Assembly: GCA_016282415.1 (NCBI GenBank)
Contig: JAEEKO010000012.1
Coordinates: forward strand, 1-40,386
Source: Bacillales bacterium
Lineage (GTDB): Bacteria > Bacillota_I > Bacilli_A > RF39 > UBA660
Direction of reading: 5' to 3'
DNA length: 40,386 nt
The notes under the pieces: generated by a model
What the model was told of the DNA's origin: nothing
Databases searched by the model: none
What the model saw: the letters and a program-made list of their open reading frames with translations, nothing else
Shown: in pieces, positions 35,755-40,386 of the stretch
Numbering within the stretch: position 1 is the stretch's first letter
How the letters are laid out: each line of letters opens with the position of its first letter
Program-made: the position numbers and the translations under genes

Positions 35755-36910
35755 AATTATTAGTCATCATATATGTTTGAACATGTTCACGATATGCTTC
35801 TTCAGCTTTTTCATATTCTTCATCCGGTATTGCATAAGAATCCAAAGGATCTTCATGGTTAACAGCTTCTACTGCCTTTTTACGCATAGTGTTTCGATAC
35901 ATTTTTGAAGCTTGTTTTATTAACTCTTCTTTAATAGCTTCGGATTTCTTTTGCGCAGTATTATCTACTACCTCATTATTATCATGTTGATCTTCTTCTA
36001 GTATTTCGTAAGCTTCATCCGGTATTGAATAAGCATCATATGGATCAAGCGGATCATTTGATTGAACTTTTTCAACTTGTTCATAATCATATAACGGATT
36101 ATTACTTACCGTTTCATTTAGTAGGTTTTCATTACTAGATATAACCATTTCACCATGTTTTTGCAAGTTTAATCTATACTTATACCCCGTTCCAGCGGCA
36201 TCAGGAATAATGGTGGCACCAAAGATTACGTCATCACCAATAATCCCTCGGATTTTATCATAATCATTCCTAAATCTTTTATAGAAGATATAAGCTTCAC
36301 GGAAATTACTATATTGATTAATTGCTTCATCATATATACCTTCATTACCTAAACCGTCACGGTTTGGCATTTCATATTTACAAGAAGTACGTAAATTATA
36401 ACTATATAACATTAAAAAGGATAAATGATAATCAGTTATCTTACTCGTATATAAAGCAGTCATAATAGTTAATGCTTGATAGTCTCCAGTAGCATCTTTA
36501 AGTTTTTTCTTTAAATCATCAACTAGCTTCTTACCATATTCTTTATCACCATCACGATTAATTTCACCAACTAATGCTGCTTTATAAGTCGATGGTCTTC
36601 TCTTAACAATTTCACCTGCTACATAATTGATTGTTGGGTCATCAAAAATAACAGCGCGATAACGTGATTCAAGCGGTGCTAATTTAATACTAACCGGTTT
36701 AAATATCATAATTTGATTGATATCATCCATGAACTTAGCTTGACTACGATAACCAGAAGTTAAATAGTCCGCTTCCCATAGTGAAACCTTGCTGTTTTTA
36801 CCAACAACTATTGAACTATTAAACATTGGAATGTTTAATACATCCACCTCTTCTGGCTTTTCACCACATATATAAATCTGATATTGGCGACTTACACTTC
36901 TTTCTATCAT
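35753..36910 (-). CDS. Hypothetical cytosolic protein with a duplicated DPLDxY..IPDE.YE motif
   Basis: 385 aa with no TM segment and no recognisable domain. The RBS is GGAGGG. The start overlaps the upstream stop (ATGA at 36907-36910). Confidence 0.8.
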   Translation of the reverse strand: MIERSVSRQYQIYICGEKPEEVDVLNIPMFNSSIVVGKNSKVSLWEADYLTSGYRSQAKFMDDINQIMIFKPVSIKLAPLESRYRAVIFDDPTINYVAGEIVKRRPSTYKAALVGEINRDGDKEYGKKLVDDLKKKLKDATGDYQALTIMTALYTSKITDYHLSFLMLYSYNLRTSCKYEMPNRDGLGNEGIYDEAINQYSNFREAYIFYKRFRNDYDKIRGIIGDDVIFGATIIPDAAGTGYKYRLNLQKHGEMVISSNENLLNETVSNNPLYDYEQVEKVQSNDPLDPYDAYSIPDEAYEILEEDQHDNNEVVDNTAQKKSEAIKEELIKQASKMYRNTMRKKAVEAVNHEDPLDSYAIPDEEYEKAEEAYREHVQTYMMTNN

Positions 36911-37263
36911 TTTTTATAACCCTCCGTTTTGTATTTACCGCAATCAATGAAGGCTTCATACTCAATATTACTTTTAGTTTCGATTACGGTTACATAACCA
37001 ACACAATTATTATCATTAACTTCTAGTTTTTCAATGTATTCATCAGTTTTTAAATCTTTAATATTAACTTTAAGCTTCTTAGTTTCTTCATTAATCAATT
37101 TATTATCATCAACATATTTTTCACATGCTTTAACTAGCTTATTTTCAAAAGCTTGGTAATCTTTTAATTTTTTATTATAAGTGAACCCAATAAAGGTTAA
37201 AACACCTACAATTGAAACAATCATCATTCCCCATATTATGGTCATTGACTTCATTCGTTCCAT
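36907..37263 (-). CDS. Pilin-like small membrane protein (no cleavage motif), paralog of 37272..37601
   Basis: 118 aa with an N-terminal TM. The segments KLVKACEKYV...IKDLKTDEYI...NNCVGYVTVIE...FIDC share an A.C.Y / C.GYV.V / C scaffold with the neighbouring gene and with the head domain of the 469-aa pilin-like protein. Confidence 0.7.
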   Translation of the reverse strand: MERMKSMTIIWGMMIVSIVGVLTFIGFTYNKKLKDYQAFENKLVKACEKYVDDNKLINEETKKLKVNIKDLKTDEYIEKLEVNDNNCVGYVTVIETKSNIEYEAFIDCGKYKTEGYKK

Positions 37264-37271
37264 AATATCAC

Positions 37272-37601
37272 CTATTCATCACAAGATATTTTATTTTTAA
37301 TTACAGCATTTCCGCCTTCATAAACAACCATAACATAGCCTTTACAATCATCACTTATTTCTAAGCTTGTTTCTTCTTTTAAGGTATCAAGTGAGATCAT
37401 TAAGTCATATGGTGCATTTTGAGAACCAAATTTTTTATATAAATATTCATTAACTGCCGATTCAATTTCAACATTTCGATTCTTATCAGCTAATCCACCA
37501 TATAAACGCAATACATAAAATGTAGCTACTAATAAAAAGAATAATAACATTCCAATTAGAAGAAGCATTTCTCCTAATCCCCATCCATGATTATTTTTCA
37601 A
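37272..37601 (-). CDS. Prepilin-like small protein with a degenerate class III signal
   Basis: The ORF-track start at 37610 is a GTG that lies inside AGGTGA. A TTG at 37601 sits 5 nt after that RBS and gives MKNNHG|WGLGEMLLLIGMLLFF, with Gly at -1 and Glu at +5; compare MKKNG|FTLTE at 21500..22909. The C-terminus is DDCKGYVMVVYEGG...ISC. Confidence 0.7.
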   Translation of the reverse strand: MKNNHGWGLGEMLLLIGMLLFFLLVATFYVLRLYGGLADKNRNVEIESAVNEYLYKKFGSQNAPYDLMISLDTLKEETSLEISDDCKGYVMVVYEGGNAVIKNKISCDE

Positions 37602-37620
37602 TTTAATCACCTATTCTAAT

Positions 37621-37902
37621 TTATTTTTGACTTGCTTTTAATTCATCTATTGTCTTTTCTTCAATAAAGAATGGTCCAAATTGAGTAGCTTTTACGCCAT
37701 CACGATCATATTTAAAGAAACGGTATCCCAGACCATCACAACGATATACCGTACCATCATCATACTTTTTAGTTTTTTCATTTATACAGAACAATAACGC
37801 TTTATCATTTACCGCTTTATAATAATCTATTACCACGATTGCAACCCAACAACCGATGATAATACATAGTAACATTCCAATTAGTTTTTTTACCCTTTTC
37901 AT
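37621..37902 (-). CDS. Small membrane-anchored hypothetical protein
   Basis: 93 aa with the N-terminal hydrophobic segment LIGMLLCIIIGCWVAIVVI. The RBS is AGAGGTG. It is the first gene after the rplL terminator. Confidence 0.7.
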   Translation of the reverse strand: MKRVKKLIGMLLCIIIGCWVAIVVIDYYKAVNDKALLFCINEKTKKYDDGTVYRCDGLGYRFFKYDRDGVKATQFGPFFIEEKTIDELKASQK

Positions 37903-37941
37903 CTTAGAACACCTCTATATGTATTATAAACTATTAAACAC

Positions 37942-37970
37942 AAAAAAAACAATAGATTAAATCTATTGTT
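37942..37970 (-). terminator. Rho-independent terminator after rplL
   Basis: The minus strand reads AACAATAGAT-TTA-ATCTATTGTT followed by TTTTTTG. Confidence 0.85.
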
Positions 37971-37980
37971 TACATTAGAA

Positions 37981-38352
37981 TTAAGCTAATTCTACAGTAG
38001 CTCCAGCTTCTTCTAATTGAGCTTTTAAAGCTTCAGCGTCAGCAGCAGGAATATTTTCTTTAATATTTCCACCTTCATCAGCGATCTTCTTAGCATCTAA
38101 TAAGCCTAAGCCAGTTGCTTCTTTAATAACTTTGATAACTGCAACTTTGTTATCACCAGCAGCTTTTAAAACTACAGTTTTATTTGCGCTACCAGCGTCT
38201 TCAGCAGCACCAGCAGCAGGTGCAGCAGCTACAGCTACAGCACTAGGATCAACACCTAATTCTTCTTTCATTAAATCAACTAATTCTTTGCATTCAAGAA
38301 TAGTCATTTCTTTTACTGAATCAATAATTTCTTTTGCACTTAATTTTGCCAT
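37981..38352 (-). CDS. rplL: 50S ribosomal protein L7/L12
   Basis: 123 aa. It has an Ala-rich hinge (AVAAAPAAGAAEDAG) and the conserved C-terminal domain KVIKEATGLGLLDAKK. Confidence 0.98.
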   Translation of the reverse strand: MAKLSAKEIIDSVKEMTILECKELVDLMKEELGVDPSAVAVAAAPAAGAAEDAGSANKTVVLKAAGDNKVAVIKVIKEATGLGLLDAKKIADEGGNIKENIPAADAEALKAQLEEAGATVELA

Positions 38353-38370
38353 TTAAAATCTCTCCTTTTC

Positions 38371-38865
38371 TTATTTACTTTCTAACCCTTCAGCATATAG
38401 GTTAACTCCAATTGCAAATTCTTTTGCATATTGCATTAAGCCAGCAGCAAACATTGTAAGTAAGCCGTCTCTTGATGGAATACTTGCATATTCTTTAATA
38501 ACATCTAAAGAAGCTATATCGCCACTGATTACACCAACACGGATATCAAGCATACTGTGATCTTTTTGGAAATCTGCTAATACCTTAATTGGTTCTAATA
38601 AATCTTTACCAAATAACATTGCATTTGGTCCTTCTAAGAACTCATCAACATTATAGTTAAGTTCATCCATAGCACGTTTAACTAAAGTGTTTTTATAAAC
38701 TTTAACTGTACCATTAGCATCTCTTAGTTTTTTTCTTAAATCACTAATGTCATCAACAGTTAATCCTTGGTAAGTAAAGATAATAACAGATTCACTACCT
38801 TTGATCTTGTCAATAATTTCATTAACTGTTTCAGTCTTTTGAGCTAAGATTTTTTGACTTGCCAT
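38371..38865 (-). CDS. rplJ: 50S ribosomal protein L10
   Basis: 164 aa with a typical L10 N-terminal domain. It lies upstream of rplL. The RBS is AGGAGG. Confidence 0.96.
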   Translation of the reverse strand: MASQKILAQKTETVNEIIDKIKGSESVIIFTYQGLTVDDISDLRKKLRDANGTVKVYKNTLVKRAMDELNYNVDEFLEGPNAMLFGKDLLEPIKVLADFQKDHSMLDIRVGVISGDIASLDVIKEYASIPSRDGLLTMFAAGLMQYAKEFAIGVNLYAEGLESK

Positions 38866-39008
38866 ATTTCTCCTCCTATCAGGTTTAATATATAATAAAA
38901 AGCTTTCTCCAAAAGAAAGCTTACTAAAACAAAAGATTTTAATAAGATTTCCTCGGTAAGATAATTTTTAAGCATACGCTCTTACTGTCTTTGGTAATCG
39001 CTTTTTAT
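38866..39008 (-). promoter_or_regulatory. rplJ leader (candidate L10-leader attenuator RNA) with a terminator hairpin at 38891..38922
   Basis: A leader of about 140 nt lies between a consensus promoter and rplJ. It contains AAGCTTTCT-TTTGG-AGAAAGCTT followed by TTTTATTAT, and upstream complementary segments GTAAGA / TCTTAC. The position matches the Firmicute L10 leader. I could not verify sequence-level similarity to the Rfam model. Confidence 0.55.
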
Positions 39009-39014
39009 ATCGAT

Positions 39015-39043
39015 ATTATAGTTTGTTAATTATTAATTGTCAA
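39015..39043 (-). promoter_or_regulatory. Perfect consensus SigA promoter for rplJ-rplL
   Basis: The minus strand reads TTGACA (39043-39038), a 17-nt spacer, then TATAAT (39020-39015). The -35 lies inside the last codons of rplA (..TCA ATT GAC AAT TAA). Confidence 0.75.
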
Positions 39044-39731
39044 TTGAATTTTTATCAATTTTAATGCCAGGACCCATAGTAGCACTAATTGAAATATTTT
39101 CAATGTAGTTACCTTTAACTGTTGTAGGTTTAGCTTTAACAATTACATTAATAATATATTTTAAGTTTTCTGCTAATTTATCTTCAGTAAATGAAACTTT
39201 ACCAATGATTGAATGAACATTACCAAATGTATCAGTTTTATATTCAACCATACCTTTTTTAATGTCTTCAATTGTTTTAGCAGGAGTCATTGTAACTGTT
39301 CCAGTCTTAGGATTTGGCATTAAACCTTTAGGTCCTAAAACTTTACCAATTTTACCTAAAGCAGGCATCATTTCTGGAGTAGCGATAATTACATCATAAT
39401 CAAACCAGTTTTCAGTTTCGATTTTATTAATTAAATCTAAATCTCCAACGAAATCAGCACCAGCATTTTTAGCTTCAGTAGCTTGTTCACCTTTTGCTAA
39501 AACTAAAATCTTTTTAGATTTACCAGTACCATTAGGTAATACAAGTGAACCTCTTAATTGTTGATCAGCTTTTTTAGGATCAACATTTAATTTGAAAGCT
39601 ACTTCAACAGTTCCGTCAAATTTAGAAAAAGATGTTTCTTTAACTAATTTAACTGCTTCTTCGATAGTATATAATTTATTTTTATCTACTTTACTAGAAG
39701 CTTCCACATATTTTTTACTAGCTTTTTTCAT
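39033..39731 (-). CDS. rplA: 50S ribosomal protein L1
   Basis: 232 aa. It contains [24 protein letters not shown] and [18 protein letters not shown]. Confidence 0.98.
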   Translation of the reverse strand: MKKASKKYVEASSKVDKNKLYTIEEAVKLVKETSFSKFDGTVEVAFKLNVDPKKADQQLRGSLVLPNGTGKSKKILVLAKGEQATEAKNAGADFVGDLDLINKIETENWFDYDVIIATPEMMPALGKIGKVLGPKGLMPNPKTGTVTMTPAKTIEDIKKGMVEYKTDTFGNVHSIIGKVSFTEDKLAENLKYIINVIVKAKPTTVKGNYIENISISATMGPGIKIDKNSIDN

Positions 39732-39787
39732 TTTTATTTCCTTTCTAATTGTGGTTTATTAGCGGATAAATATTTATATTTAAAAAA

Positions 39788-40381
39788 TTATTCTTCAGTT
39801 GTTTCTTCAGTCTTTTCATTAATAGCTTCAACTTCAACATTTTGAGAACCAGCTTTTGCTTCTTCTTCCATTTTCTCGAATTCAGCATCACGTTTTTCTT
39901 GTTCTCTAGCTTCAATTTCAGCTTCATGAGCTTGTTCTTTTAATTCTTCATCGTTTACGCCTTCGATAGCAACACCCATATTACGAGCAGTTCCTTCGAT
40001 AATAGCCATAGCTCCTTCAATATCATAAGCGTTTAAGTCAGGTAACTTAGTTTCTGCAATCTTCTTTAAATCTTCTTTAGAAATAGTTGCAACTAATTCA
40101 TTAGCACCTTTGCTTGAACCTTTTTTAATTTTAGCAGTTTTCTTAATTAAGAATGCTGCAGGAGCAGTTTTTAATACAAAATCAAATGAACGATCATCAT
40201 AAACAGAGATTTCACAAGGAATAATATCTCCCATTTTATCACGAGTTGCATCATTGAATCTTGTACAGAATTCTTGTAAGTTGATACCAGCAGGGCCTAA
40301 AACTGTTCCAACTGGTGGAGCAGGTGTAGCTTTACCAGCTTCAACTTGAAGTTTAATTTTCTTTACGACTTCTTTTGCCAC
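39788..40381 (-). CDS. rplK: 50S ribosomal protein L11 with a 56-aa Glu-rich C-terminal extension
   Basis: Residues 1-141 are canonical L11: PPVGTVLGPAGINLQEFC...EGTARNMGVAIEG. The frame then continues open through VNDEELKEQAHEAEIEAREQEKRDAEFEKMEEEAKAGSQNVEVEAINEKTEETTEE. The start is GTG at 40381, next to the window edge, so the RBS is not visible. Confidence 0.93.
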   Translation of the reverse strand: MAKEVVKKIKLQVEAGKATPAPPVGTVLGPAGINLQEFCTRFNDATRDKMGDIIPCEISVYDDRSFDFVLKTAPAAFLIKKTAKIKKGSSKGANELVATISKEDLKKIAETKLPDLNAYDIEGAMAIIEGTARNMGVAIEGVNDEELKEQAHEAEIEAREQEKRDAEFEKMEEEAKAGSQNVEVEAINEKTEETTEE

Positions 40382-40386
40382 GAAAA

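Noticed and set aside
37621-37902. 93-aa protein as a lipoprotein (IIIGC resembles a lipobox)
   Set aside because: The hydrophobic stretch continues well past the Cys (CWVAIVVIDYY). It therefore looks like an uncleaved TM anchor rather than a signal peptidase II substrate. I leave it as a membrane-anchored hypothetical protein.
38132-38356. 74-aa plus-strand ORF antisense to rplL
   Set aside because: It is an artefact of the Ala-rich GC-rich hinge of L7/L12, whose antisense GCN codons lack stops. rplL itself is unambiguous.
39745-39927. 60-aa minus-strand ORF overlapping the 3' part of rplK in another frame
   Set aside because: Its K/L-rich low-complexity translation comes from the alternative frame of the Glu-rich L11 tail (GAA read as AAG). 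It has no RBS and sits inside a ribosomal protein gene.

Overview
AT-rich chromosomal segment that uses the standard genetic code: TGA acts as a stop (for example at ftsX and at the 110-aa gene ending at 7984). Peptidoglycan-related genes (FtsEX, an M23 peptidase, LysM, candidate sortase signals) point to a walled low-GC Firmicute. Erysipelotrichia- or Bacilli-like is my inference from gene content only. I call 45 CDS, 41 of them on the minus strand, plus one partial IS3-family element. I saw no rRNA, tRNA or CRISPR array, and every intergenic gap is under about 170 nt.

Housekeeping blocks, listed from high to low coordinates in minus-strand transcription order: rplK-rplA; an L10 leader followed by rplJ-rplL; parA-parB-DUF951-abgT-ychF; yitT; ftsE-ftsX plus a coiled-coil M23 peptidase; and pcrA-ligA. 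One plus-strand NitT/TauT-type ABC importer is also present.

Between these blocks lie poorly characterised envelope or accessory modules:
1. A transmembrane protein with a cytoplasmic TIR domain and an external beta-propeller. It has its own promoter just after ligA, and an IS3 element sits 20 bp downstream.
2. A tightly coupled five-gene operon of acidic cytosolic proteins. Three of them share an mTERF-like helical repeat of about 30 aa.
3. A SipW-type signal peptidase with a cognate-signal secreted protein, plus camelysin/TasA-like and multi-TM partners.
4. A 469-aa prepilin-signal protein carrying four Ig-like repeats.
5. An operon directly after rplL, where rpoBC usually sits, encoding pilin-like small membrane proteins and an unknown 385-aa protein.
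6. Two paralogous surface proteins that share a near-identical 122-bp 3' end encoding an NPNTG-type sorting signal.

Ribosomal protein L11 also carries an unusual 56-aa Glu-rich C-terminal tail. All domain calls come from reading motifs by eye. No database search was run.
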